From: Myxococcota bacterium
GTDB taxonomy: Bacteria > Myxococcota > SpSt-1050
Direction of reading: 5' to 3'
DNA length: 64,000 bases
Assembly (NCBI GenBank): GCA_049969675.1
Contig: JBMFOP010000001.1
Coordinates: forward strand, 1 to 64,000
The position numbers and the translations under genes were made by a program. Each line of letters starts with the position of its first letter. Positions within the stretch are counted from its first letter, which is position 1. The notes under the pieces were generated by a model. The model had not been told where the DNA came from and made no database searches. It saw only the letters and a program-made list of their open reading frames with translations. Positions 50,557 through 59,679 of this stretch are shown one piece after another.

Positions 50557-51494
50557 TCTGAGTTACCATTTGTTCTTTCAAACTCCCTTTTTAGATTTTT
50601 ATAGTTGTCCGCGGTATAGCAGAGTGTATCTGTTATCTTATAGGTCTTATCTTCAATCTCTATCCTGGTCTGTCTGATTCTACAGGCGGCATTTATAGAA
50701 TGACCAATTTCACCAGAAAGTTCAACTATCTTATCAAAGTTGTCAGTATTTTCAGAGGATCTTTCAGCGGCTATCTGTGCAGAGGTAATTGTGGCATCAG
50801 TGGATTTGTCTAAGAGCTCAAAGGTCTGTTCTTCTTTAATTTTCTCTCGGAGTTGTTTTTTTGTCTTAGGATTATCTTCTGACAACTCTTTTGCATCTTT
50901 AGCAACAGCAGTTGTATCCTGCTTTATCCTCTTTGCCTCATCAAATCCAAATTTTTCATTTTTAGCAATATTTTTGGAATCTGACACAAGATTGGCAGAG
51001 CTATTTGTTAGAGAAGCACCGATTAATATGCCTTCTTCTCCTTTTTTCTGATAACCAATCAATGCACCGGTGGATGTCAATCCACTCTTAAGTGCGGTTT
51101 CTTCTATACTGTTGCCGATAGAACCTGCAGCCAGAGAGTTAGCAATATTTGCCCCTCTTTGCCCATTTTTAACCGCACCAATTGAAGTAGCAGACCCAAC
51201 AGCACACATTTTTGCTCCTGCTAAAATGAATGAATCCCCTGAGCCAGTTTTGATAAAGTTATTAATGTCTCCTGATGCAACCCCAGCAGTTTTTGAGACC
51301 AAATTTAAGGTTGTCGCTCCTTCGTCATATCCCATCTGTTTTAAATTTTGAGATGCCCCTTCTATTACACCTATTCCCGCAGATGCATAATCTCCTGTTG
51401 CCACATCTAAACCGGCACATGCATAATCTCCTATGTATTTATATTTTTCTGGTAAAAGATTATCGGTTGCATAGTTTAATAACTTTCCTAACAT
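50553..51494 (-). CDS. Hypothetical Gly/Ala-rich helical protein, translocator- or pore-former-like
   Basis: AAGGAGG RBS, no signal peptide, glycine-zipper-like segments, C-terminal coiled-coil-like region. Confidence 0.7.
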   Translation of the reverse strand: MLGKLLNYATDNLLPEKYKYIGDYACAGLDVATGDYASAGIGVIEGASQNLKQMGYDEGATTLNLVSKTAGVASGDINNFIKTGSGDSFILAGAKMCAVGSATSIGAVKNGQRGANIANSLAAGSIGNSIEETALKSGLTSTGALIGYQKKGEEGILIGASLTNSSANLVSDSKNIAKNEKFGFDEAKRIKQDTTAVAKDAKELSEDNPKTKKQLREKIKEEQTFELLDKSTDATITSAQIAAERSSENTDNFDKIVELSGEIGHSINAACRIRQTRIEIEDKTYKITDTLCYTADNYKNLKREFERTNGNSD

Positions 51495-51495
51495 A

Positions 51496-52248
51496 TTAGT
51501 CCTCCTTTTCTTTTAATCTATCAATTTCACTACTATTCCCTGTCCAATATGCATAAGCGTATTGATCTGTTTCTGTCATAAGCTTGAGATTTGTCTCGTT
51601 TTCCACTTTTTTGGTATTTCTTTCAATAGAGGCAGCTAATCTTATACAGTTGCTGGCATCAAAATTAAATGCATCTATATCTCCGCTCTTTAACTTCTGA
51701 ACCTGTTCTCTATAGTTATCAAGCCCTTTACCTTTATTTGGAGTCTCTTTATCTCCTCCCCTTTCTTCAATTTCTACAAAGTTTTCAAGAACAGTTAGAA
51801 GACGTTGCTTTTCAGATTCACTCATATATGGATTATTTAAAGAATCGTTGATATTTTTTATGGATGCCTGAAGGCTTTTGAGATTTCTTCTCAATTCTTC
51901 TTCGTTCTTTGCTTTATTGTTAACATTTCCCAGCCCTGCTACATTGACACCCATCCAGTCCAGAGATTTGTCCAATACAGTGCCAATAGGAACAATTGTA
52001 CCAAGTGCATGACCACATAGATTAAATAGACCTTTTCTCCTTTTTCTCTTTTTTTGAGCGGACTGATATTTATTTTTATAATTTTCAATAATTTTTTCTA
52101 TGTCCTGATCTGTCAACTCTGGTAAATACTCCTTTCTCTCTGTTTGATTTCTCTGGTGATTCTGTACTTTTGGTGATTGATATTGAATATCTGAATATAC
52201 ATTATAGATATTATCAGTACTATAATTGATGTTATTACTAATTTCCAT
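51496..52248 (-). CDS. Hypothetical protein with basic patch, hydrophobic segment and coiled coil
   Basis: GGAGG RBS before MEISN; Asn/Ser-rich N-terminus; KKRKRRK-GLFNLCGHALGTIVPIGTVL. Confidence 0.7.
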   Translation of the reverse strand: MEISNNINYSTDNIYNVYSDIQYQSPKVQNHQRNQTERKEYLPELTDQDIEKIIENYKNKYQSAQKKRKRRKGLFNLCGHALGTIVPIGTVLDKSLDWMGVNVAGLGNVNNKAKNEEELRRNLKSLQASIKNINDSLNNPYMSESEKQRLLTVLENFVEIEERGGDKETPNKGKGLDNYREQVQKLKSGDIDAFNFDASNCIRLAASIERNTKKVENETNLKLMTETDQYAYAYWTGNSSEIDRLKEKED

Positions 52249-52263
52249 ATTACCCTCCATATA

Positions 52264-52809
52264 TTATTTCATATTGTGAATTATAGTCTTTAAGGCATCA
52301 TCTTTAGATTTATTATAATTGGAAATTAATTCAATATTTCTCTCTTCCATATGCATCTGGTCAATAAGTTTTTGCATAAGCGCCGGATTTTCATTTAATG
52401 CCTTAAGTAATTTTTCATCTCCATTTCTAAATGCAATAAGGAGTTCTGTTCCGCTCTTCTTTGAATAATCCTCAGTTGATTGATTGGTAGTAGAATTATT
52501 GGCGTTTGTTGTGGAGTTGGTCTGATTATCTGATGATGTTTTATTGGTTGGTGAAGCGGTTGTGTTAGTTGATTCATTGGAATAGTCTCTTGCCTTTGCC
52601 GGAGCAGCTTTCCATTTCCTCTTATGATCCTTTGCCTTTGCCGGAGCGGGTTTAAAATGCATCTTGCCGTTGTTCTCAACCAGGTCATCTGAGTTTGACT
52701 GGTTTACATTACCGTTAGGAGATGGCGTCTGATATACACCATTCTCATAAGTCATCTCTGAATCGGTCGTGTAATTGTTTGTGTTGGTCCCTGTTACTGT
52801 TGTACTCAT
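52264..52809 (-). CDS. Low-complexity protein with a T3SS needle (SctF)-like C-terminal helix
   Basis: AAGGAGG RBS; Thr/Asn/Ser-rich N-terminus; C-terminus NPALMQKL...ISNYNKSKDDALKTIIHNMK. The CDS is solid, the function is inferred. Confidence 0.6.
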   Translation of the reverse strand: MSTTVTGTNTNNYTTDSEMTYENGVYQTPSPNGNVNQSNSDDLVENNGKMHFKPAPAKAKDHKRKWKAAPAKARDYSNESTNTTASPTNKTSSDNQTNSTTNANNSTTNQSTEDYSKKSGTELLIAFRNGDEKLLKALNENPALMQKLIDQMHMEERNIELISNYNKSKDDALKTIIHNMK

Positions 52810-52876
52810 AACTTTCCTCCTTTAAATTGTTGAAAAAAAATGTTAATAAAAAAACCATCATACTTTATTTTAGCTC

Positions 52877-52891
52877 TCAATTTGTGTGCCA
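52877..52891 (-). promoter_or_regulatory. Sigma54-like -24/-12 promoter (TTGA variant)
   Basis: Minus strand TGGCACACAAATTGA, about 68 nt upstream of ATG 52809. Confidence 0.55.
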
Positions 52892-52908
52892 GATTATAAA
52901 GGAGAGAG

Positions 52909-53334
52909 ATGAAGAGATTGGCAATAGATTATGGAAAGAGGAGGGCGGGTTTGGCGATTACAGATGATACTGGTAATGTAATAATGCCATATAAAATTAT
53001 TTACTATAAAGATAGCGAAAGTTTTATTAAACAGATAAAAGAGATCTTAAGCCAACTACAACCTGCAGAGATTGTTATGGGTCTTCCACTAAATATGAAT
53101 GGTTCAGAGTCTGAGATGTCAAAAGAGGTTAAGAGAATATCTAAAAGGATAAAGAAAGATTCAAATATTGAAATAAAATTATATGACGAGAGACTGACGA
53201 CCTTTGAGGCACAACAAATGCTGACAGAACAGGGGATCTCGGCTAAAAAACAGAAAGAGATAATTGATATGTATGCCGCATATTGTATATTGAAAGGATA
53301 TATTAACGAAGAATTGGAGAAGAGGAATGATTAA
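52909..53334 (+). CDS. ruvX: RuvX/YqgF nuclease
   Basis: LAIDYGKRRAGLAITD, VMGLPLNMNG, DERLTT, IDMYAA. Confidence 0.92.
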   Translation: MKRLAIDYGKRRAGLAITDDTGNVIMPYKIIYYKDSESFIKQIKEILSQLQPAEIVMGLPLNMNGSESEMSKEVKRISKRIKKDSNIEIKLYDERLTTFEAQQMLTEQGISAKKQKEIIDMYAAYCILKGYINEELEKRND

Positions 53335-54373
53335 AAAAATATTGTTGGCTTTATTGTTTATTGTTTTGTTGTTTGTGGTCGGCTCTGTGTATCTATATAA
53401 AAGCACCAGAGAGTTTTTACAGACGCCTTATAAGAGTGAAAAAAGAGAGGTCTCTCTTAGAATTAAGAAGGGTATGAGTGATAGTGAAGTGGCAAGGCTG
53501 ATTTATGAAAAGGGACTTGTCTCCAATGAAAAGAGGTTTTATTATTTTTTGAGGTTTTTGCATAAGAAGAAAGGGCTTGAGGTGAAGTCTGGTGAATATC
53601 TTTTGAGTCCCGATATGACTCCCTGGGAGATTGCAGAGAAGATGATTAAGAGAGATGTAATCAGGTACAGGGTAACTATCCCTGAGGGACTTCGTTATGA
53701 GGAGGTGGCACAGATACTTGAGAGAGAGGGGGTTGCGATTGCAGATGAATTTATTAATCTTTGTAAGGATAGGGTATATCTCTCTTCCCTCGGCATTGAA
53801 GGTGAGAGTTGCGAGGGGTATTTGCTTCCAGATACATATATGATTGAGAAGGGACTTGATGTAAAAGAGGTCTTCAAGATTATAAATGATGAATTTAAAA
53901 AGAGGGTGGGGGCTGGTTATATAGAGAAGGCAAAGGAGATGGGTTTCAGTCTCTATCAGGTGTTGATTATTGCATCTATGATTGAGAAGGAGGCAAGGCT
54001 TGATTCAGAGAGGCCAATTATTGCGTCTGTTATCTTAAACAGATTGAAACGAGATATGGGCCTTTATATTGATGCAACTGTAATATATGGTCTGATAAGA
54101 GAGAGAGGTGGATTTAATGGGAATCTTACAAGAAAAGACCTTGATACACCGACTCGTTATAATACATATCGGGTCAAAGGACTCCCTCCAACTCCGATAT
54201 GCAATCCGGGGATTAAGAGTATCAATGCGGTATTGATGCCAGCCAGAACAAATTACCTGTATTATGTCTCAAAAAATGATGGCACGCATCATTTCTGTGA
54301 GGATATTGAATGTCACAATAAGGCTGTTAAGAGGTATCAGATTGATTATTTTAAGAAGAATAATAAGAGATGA
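53327..54373 (+). CDS. mltG: Endolytic transglycosylase
   Basis: VTIPEG, EGYLLPDTY, ASMIEKE, NRL, YNTY, GLPPTPICNPG. Confidence 0.94.
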   Translation: MIKKILLALLFIVLLFVVGSVYLYKSTREFLQTPYKSEKREVSLRIKKGMSDSEVARLIYEKGLVSNEKRFYYFLRFLHKKKGLEVKSGEYLLSPDMTPWEIAEKMIKRDVIRYRVTIPEGLRYEEVAQILEREGVAIADEFINLCKDRVYLSSLGIEGESCEGYLLPDTYMIEKGLDVKEVFKIINDEFKKRVGAGYIEKAKEMGFSLYQVLIIASMIEKEARLDSERPIIASVILNRLKRDMGLYIDATVIYGLIRERGGFNGNLTRKDLDTPTRYNTYRVKGLPPTPICNPGIKSINAVLMPARTNYLYYVSKNDGTHHFCEDIECHNKAVKRYQIDYFKKNNKR

Positions 54374-54806
54374 GAGTTTTTTGTTTTTATCTTTGGTCTT
54401 TCTTATAATAGATATTAATTGCAAGAAAGAATTATCTCCTGAAGAGCAGATAAGGAAAAATATTGAGGAGATGGTTGAATATGCCAATAAAAGACATGTC
54501 GGCAAGATTATGGATTTTATTTCCAATGACTATAAAGACAGCTATGGAAATAAGAGAGATTCAATAAAGGCAATTCTTATTCAGAACCTGATGTTCAGGA
54601 AGAATGTTAAGGTCTATCTAAAAAATATAGATGTAAAGGTTGAAAATCAAATTGGATTTGCTACAATTGGGATAATTGTAAAAGAGGGGGAAGGGATAAT
54701 GCCAGATAATGCTGATATAATGAAAATAGAATTGAAATTTGCGAATATGGAGAATAATTGGTTGATTATTTCTGCGATATGGAAAGGTCACCAGAGCCCT
54801 TTCTAA
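54370..54806 (+). CDS. NTF2-like (DUF4440/SnoaL-type) putative lipoprotein with an apparent 1-nt frameshift in the signal-peptide poly-T
   Basis: CKKELSPEEQIRKNIEEM...IMDFISNDYKD...WLIISAIW; ATG 54370 overlaps the mltG stop but is out of frame by one T. Confidence 0.6.
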
Positions 54807-56187
54807 TGGTAGATAGATAGATAGATACAGTTGATAAAAGAAATGCAATAATTAAAGAATATTTGAATAGAGAATTGAAGATTTCGGGTGGTATCTCATT
54901 GATCTTCTCAACTTTATTCCCAAAAAGGGTAGTGCTAAAAAATGAGACTGAAATTCCTCCAATAACTGTTCCGAGGCTCATCCCAAGGTTTCTCATTGTG
55001 GCAAGTAGTCCTGTAGTGATTCCAGTATTATTCATTCCGCTAATATTTAATAATGCTGTGGTGTTGGGGCTATTGAAGATGCCAAGTCCGGATCCAATAA
55101 TTATTTGTGCGATTGATATCTGTATAAGTGCTGATTCAATCCTTGTAAGGGCTAAAAGTAACATTCCTATTGTAAGTAAAATCATACCTGTAATGCATAA
55201 TTTATAATATCCAATTTTATCACTGATATAACCTGAGACTCCAGTAGTTAAAAACATTGCAATAGATGTTATACTCATAATAAAACCGGTCTGTTGTGGT
55301 TCAAGGTTCAGGACAAGTTTGAGATAAAATGGTATAAGAAAATTGGAGATGGAGAGTGCTGTATATCCAATCAGAAGTGAAAATAATCCACCATAATATG
55401 CTGGTATCTTTATTAGATTTATAGGGAAGAATGATTTATCAACTTTGATTTCATGCTTTATTAAAATTAGAATTAAAATTATTCCTATCAAAAGCATAAA
55501 AAGTGAAATTGTGGTAGAATTGCTGTGCGATAACATTGACATTGATATAAGAATAAGTGGGATGGATAATGACCAGAGCAGCATACCATAAATATCATAG
55601 TGATTCTGCTCTTCCTTTAATTGATAATTTTGCTGATAATCTACTATCCACATTATGGCTACAAAAATTATGATTGAAAAAGGAAGATTTATTAGAAATA
55701 GCCACTGCCAGCTAAGATATTGTAAAATAAGACCGCCAATTGGTGGTCCAATAATCAGTCCGAGAGAAATACCTGTAGTATGCATTCCTATTGCAAAACC
55801 ACGTTTCTCTGGTTCAAAGACACTGAGCAAAATAGCTGGACCACTTGCAACCATAAAAGATGCCCCAATTGCCTGTATAATTCTCATAGAAATTAACAGA
55901 CTTATTCTTTCACTCGGTAATACTATAAGTGATGAGACCCCAAATATGAGAGTACCAATTAGAAATATCTTTTTATGACCAAAGATATCCGCTATTTTGC
56001 CACATATGGTTAATATAGATGTAAGAACAATAAGATATACCACAAGAATCATTTGTGATTCATTCAGGCTTAGATGAAGAATTTTAGCAAGGTATGGGAG
56101 TGCAGAATTCAGTGAGCTTGAATTTATTGTTGCCATCAGGCTGGATAGACTCATTATTAGTAAGGTTGTCCATTTTTTCCCATTCAT
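54766..56187 (-). CDS. MFS transporter, DHA2 (EmrB/QacA)-like
   Basis: About 14 TMs, GKIADIFGHKK motif A, RIIQAIG, GPPIGG, WQWLFLINLP. Confidence 0.9.
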   Translation of the reverse strand: MNGKKWTTLLIMSLSSLMATINSSSLNSALPYLAKILHLSLNESQMILVVYLIVLTSILTICGKIADIFGHKKIFLIGTLIFGVSSLIVLPSERISLLISMRIIQAIGASFMVASGPAILLSVFEPEKRGFAIGMHTTGISLGLIIGPPIGGLILQYLSWQWLFLINLPFSIIIFVAIMWIVDYQQNYQLKEEQNHYDIYGMLLWSLSIPLILISMSMLSHSNSTTISLFMLLIGIILILILIKHEIKVDKSFFPINLIKIPAYYGGLFSLLIGYTALSISNFLIPFYLKLVLNLEPQQTGFIMSITSIAMFLTTGVSGYISDKIGYYKLCITGMILLTIGMLLLALTRIESALIQISIAQIIIGSGLGIFNSPNTTALLNISGMNNTGITTGLLATMRNLGMSLGTVIGGISVSFFSTTLFGNKVEKINEIPPEIFNSLFKYSLIIAFLLSTVSIYLSTIRKGSGDLSISQK

Positions 56188-56191
56188 ATAT

Positions 56192-57070
56192 TTATTTTTT
56201 CTTTATAATCCTTATACCGAAAATACTTGTCATTCCGTCTCGTGTGTATGCATATCCCTCAGAAAAGACATAGATGAGTGTCTTCTTCGCTTTTTCATCT
56301 TTAATCTCTTCAAGGTCGGAGGTTGTATTTACTTCAAGTCTATGTTTTATTCCCGATATTGTAAATAAAGCAGATTTATTATAAGTAATTCCCATATCCA
56401 TATTGACAGAGATGGCTTTATTTATCTCGGTGAAGTTATTGCTGGTCTTGAAGAAATCTGCGGAATCTGAGAATAGGGCAAAAGTGGTGTTCTTTGTAAA
56501 TCCTGCCAGCAACCAGCTCCTGAACAGATTGTCAGACATAAACAAGATCTCCGGCATATCAAAATCTGGCTTTTCACTCTCTGCCTCTAAAAAGAGTAGG
56601 TTCCCTTTGAGCGGAGGTCCATCTTTTCCAAAGAAGGCAGTATTGATATAATACCTGTAATTTACATCATTGACTGTTTTTGTATAAGTTGCCCTTTTTT
56701 TCTGAGCAAGGGATATTATGTTGAAATTATAATTTAGATTTGATGTGCCAACCTCTATTTGATTTTGATCAAGCATCTTTATAATAATATTTTTTCTGAA
56801 CCCGAATTTTTCAAGAGGTGTATCAGATATGAAGTTATCTTCATATAGGTTCTTTATTTTATCACCTGCCAGATATTTTACAGCGATTGATGTATCTGTC
56901 TTCTCTCTGATGGAAGTGCCTCTCCTTGTTGTATCTATCAAAATTATAATCGGTTTCTTCTCTGCATCAAATCCGAGGTAAATTATCTGATTCTTGATAG
57001 TTCGGGCTGAGCTCTTACCTGATATTACAAAGATGAAAAAAATAATTACCAGAAAAAGAGACTTCTTCAT
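56192..57070 (-). CDS. Hypothetical exported protein
   Basis: 292-aa ORF with signal peptide MKKSLFLVIIFFIFVISGKSSA. Confidence 0.7.
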   Translation of the reverse strand: MKKSLFLVIIFFIFVISGKSSARTIKNQIIYLGFDAEKKPIIILIDTTRRGTSIREKTDTSIAVKYLAGDKIKNLYEDNFISDTPLEKFGFRKNIIIKMLDQNQIEVGTSNLNYNFNIISLAQKKRATYTKTVNDVNYRYYINTAFFGKDGPPLKGNLLFLEAESEKPDFDMPEILFMSDNLFRSWLLAGFTKNTTFALFSDSADFFKTSNNFTEINKAISVNMDMGITYNKSALFTISGIKHRLEVNTTSDLEEIKDEKAKKTLIYVFSEGYAYTRDGMTSIFGIRIIKKK

Positions 57071-57133
57071 TATACAATTCCCTCACCCCATTAAATACTA
57101 TATTGACTGTTCTAATTTTGCAATCATAGAGGT

Positions 57134-58048
57134 TTATTCATTTGTTGGCAAAACTTTTGGCACTACTGATAGTATATTGGCAATCTGCTCCTCCTCTTTG
57201 ATATCAGAAGGGATATCAACTATCTCATAATTTGCCAGACTGGATAATATCTTTGCGATTAGTTCATGGTTGATACTATGTCCAGCCTTATAAAACTCAA
57301 ATTCACCCACGACCTTATATCCGATAAGAGATATGTCACCCAATGCATCCAGTATCTTATGTCTTACAAATTCATCTATGTATCTGAGAGGCTTATCATT
57401 TAGTATCTTGAAGTCATCCACAACAATTGCATTCTCAAGGCTTCCGCCTTTAATCAATCCCATAGAGCGCATCTTCTCAATGTCCTTATATTCGCAAAAT
57501 GTCCTTGCAGGGGCTATATCATCAACAAAGGATTTTGGGTTGATATTTATAGCAAAAGTTTCTCTGCCAATTACCCTGCTTGGGAAATCTATTGTATATT
57601 TTATTCTTAATGTGTCAGACGGTCTTACTATAGCATAGGCATCATTGTATTTTATCGTTAACTGTCTTCTGATATGCAGTCCTTTTTGGTTCTTTCTCTG
57701 AATCCTTATGCCTGTTTGTAATATCTTATTGACAAATTCAGCCGCTGAGCCATCCAAGATTGGAATCTCTTCATTCTCGCTCTCTATGATGGCATTATTT
57801 ATTCCAATTGCATATAGAGTTGCAAGGAGATGTTCTGTTGTATAAATACTTTTTATGCCGTTTGATAAGGCTGAGCAGAGGTTTGCAGTAATTGAGTTTG
57901 AATGAGTGGCTTTTATAAATGAGTCTTCAATCTTAAAAGATATACCAGAATCTACATCGGCTGGCGAAATTCTTATATGATTGTATTTTCCTGAGTGTAA
58001 TCCTATTCCAGATATTTCAATAGATGATTTCAGTGTCATCTGATACAT
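57134..58048 (-). CDS. lpxC: UDP-3-O-acyl-GlcNAc deacetylase
   Basis: GIGLHSG, TEHLLA, EIPILDGSA, APARTF, RHKILDALGD, GH. Confidence 0.95.
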   Translation of the reverse strand: MYQMTLKSSIEISGIGLHSGKYNHIRISPADVDSGISFKIEDSFIKATHSNSITANLCSALSNGIKSIYTTEHLLATLYAIGINNAIIESENEEIPILDGSAAEFVNKILQTGIRIQRKNQKGLHIRRQLTIKYNDAYAIVRPSDTLRIKYTIDFPSRVIGRETFAININPKSFVDDIAPARTFCEYKDIEKMRSMGLIKGGSLENAIVVDDFKILNDKPLRYIDEFVRHKILDALGDISLIGYKVVGEFEFYKAGHSINHELIAKILSSLANYEIVDIPSDIKEEEQIANILSVVPKVLPTNE

Positions 58049-59076
58049 CAGAAAAGTGTCTCCTGTTGAATCTGATTCTTCTTTAATGGCTTTTTGTTTA
58101 AGTGTTTATATGCCAGAGTGGTTGCTATCCTTCCGCGAGGAGTTCTATTTAGGAATCCGGACTGGATGAGATAGGGCTCATATACCTCCTCAATTGTATC
58201 CTTCTCCTCGCCAATTGCGGCGGAGATGGTATCTATACCTACAGGTCCACCTCCAAATTTGTCTATTATACATTCTAAAATCCTGTAGTCCATCTTGTCA
58301 AGTCCCAGATTGTCAACTCCGAGTTGTGTGAGAGCAAAGTCAGTAACCTCCCTATCTATTACTTTCTTATCTTTGACCTGTGCAAAGTCTCTTACCCTTC
58401 TTAAAAGCCTGTTTGCAATTCTTGGTGTCCCCCTTGACCTGCTGGCTATCTCAAGTGCAGCATCATCTTCTATAGCAATTGAAAGTATTTTAGCACTCCT
58501 GATGACGATCTTTTTCAGGTCTTCAGCGCTATAAAAATCCAGTGTCTCCACATATCCAAATCTATCTCTGAGTGGTGAAGAGAGGAGTCCAGCCCTTGTC
58601 GTTGCACCGATTAATGTAAATGGTTTGAGTGGAAGATTTACAATCCTTGCATGTGCCCCCTCTCCAATAATAATATCAAAGTGGAAGTCCTCCATTGCGG
58701 GGTATAGATTTTCCTCAACTGCGGCATTTAATCTGTGAATCTCATCAATAAAAAGGACATCATTGTTGCCAAGATTGGTAAGTAGCCCTGCGAGGTCGCC
58801 TTTCTTTTCTATGGCTGGACCGGATGAGATAAATATATTTACTCCAAGTTCACCTGCAATTATATGTGCCAGTGTTGTCTTTCCGAGTCCGGGTGGGCCA
58901 CAGAGCAATATATGGTCAAGAGATTCCCTCCTCTCCTTTGCAGCCCTTGCAAATATCTTGAGATTGCTTACAATCTTCTCCTGTCCAACAAACTCCTCAA
59001 AATTTTGTGGTCTGATTGATGCCTCATATCTGGCATCATCTGCCCTTTTAATCGGTGAAATCTCTCTCGGTTCCAT
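58048..59076 (-). CDS. ruvB: Holliday junction helicase
   Basis: [42 protein letters not shown]. Confidence 0.98.
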   Translation of the reverse strand: MEPREISPIKRADDARYEASIRPQNFEEFVGQEKIVSNLKIFARAAKERRESLDHILLCGPPGLGKTTLAHIIAGELGVNIFISSGPAIEKKGDLAGLLTNLGNNDVLFIDEIHRLNAAVEENLYPAMEDFHFDIIIGEGAHARIVNLPLKPFTLIGATTRAGLLSSPLRDRFGYVETLDFYSAEDLKKIVIRSAKILSIAIEDDAALEIASRSRGTPRIANRLLRRVRDFAQVKDKKVIDREVTDFALTQLGVDNLGLDKMDYRILECIIDKFGGGPVGIDTISAAIGEEKDTIEEVYEPYLIQSGFLNRTPRGRIATTLAYKHLNKKPLKKNQIQQETLF

Positions 59077-59082
59077 AATAAA

Positions 59083-59679
59083 TTAAACAGACTTAATAAT
59101 ATTCAGTGCCTCTTTAAAAAGAGTATTAAAGTCATTATTACCTATATTTTTCAAATTGGCAATAGCTTTTTCAGCCTGATTCGGTTTATAACCGAGATTT
59201 ATAAGGGCGGAGAAGAGTTCCTCTTTAATGGCGTTATCTATCTCGCCCGTCTTTACCGGTGTAACTGTAATAAGTTCACTGAGTTTCTCTTTTAATTCAA
59301 GGATTATCTTCTCTGCTGTCTTCTTCCCTATACCGGGCACAGAGGATAAGAATCTGATATCCCCACCTGCAATAGCATTTATAATGTTCTGAAAGGACTC
59401 TCTGGATAAAATTGCAATTGCCTTCCTGGGACCAATATCTGAGACTGAGATAAGATACTTGAATAATCTGAGCTCTGCCTCCTCCAGAAAGCCAAAGAGT
59501 GTAATCTGGTCTTCTCTGACATATAGATATGTGTGAATCCTGATTTTTGACTCTTCTATCTGGAATCTCTCAATAATATTTTGAGGGCATAGTATCTCAA
59601 ATACAACTCCAGCATCAGTCTCTATATATATTGCAGCATCAGTTTTCTTAATAGGTCTTCCAATAATCTGTGCAATCAT
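59083..59679 (-). CDS. ruvA: Holliday junction branch migration protein
   Basis: HTYLYVRED, LFGF, VPGIGKKTAEKIILELK, ALINLGY. Confidence 0.95.
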   Translation of the reverse strand: MIAQIIGRPIKKTDAAIYIETDAGVVFEILCPQNIIERFQIEESKIRIHTYLYVREDQITLFGFLEEAELRLFKYLISVSDIGPRKAIAILSRESFQNIINAIAGGDIRFLSSVPGIGKKTAEKIILELKEKLSELITVTPVKTGEIDNAIKEELFSALINLGYKPNQAEKAIANLKNIGNNDFNTLFKEALNIIKSV

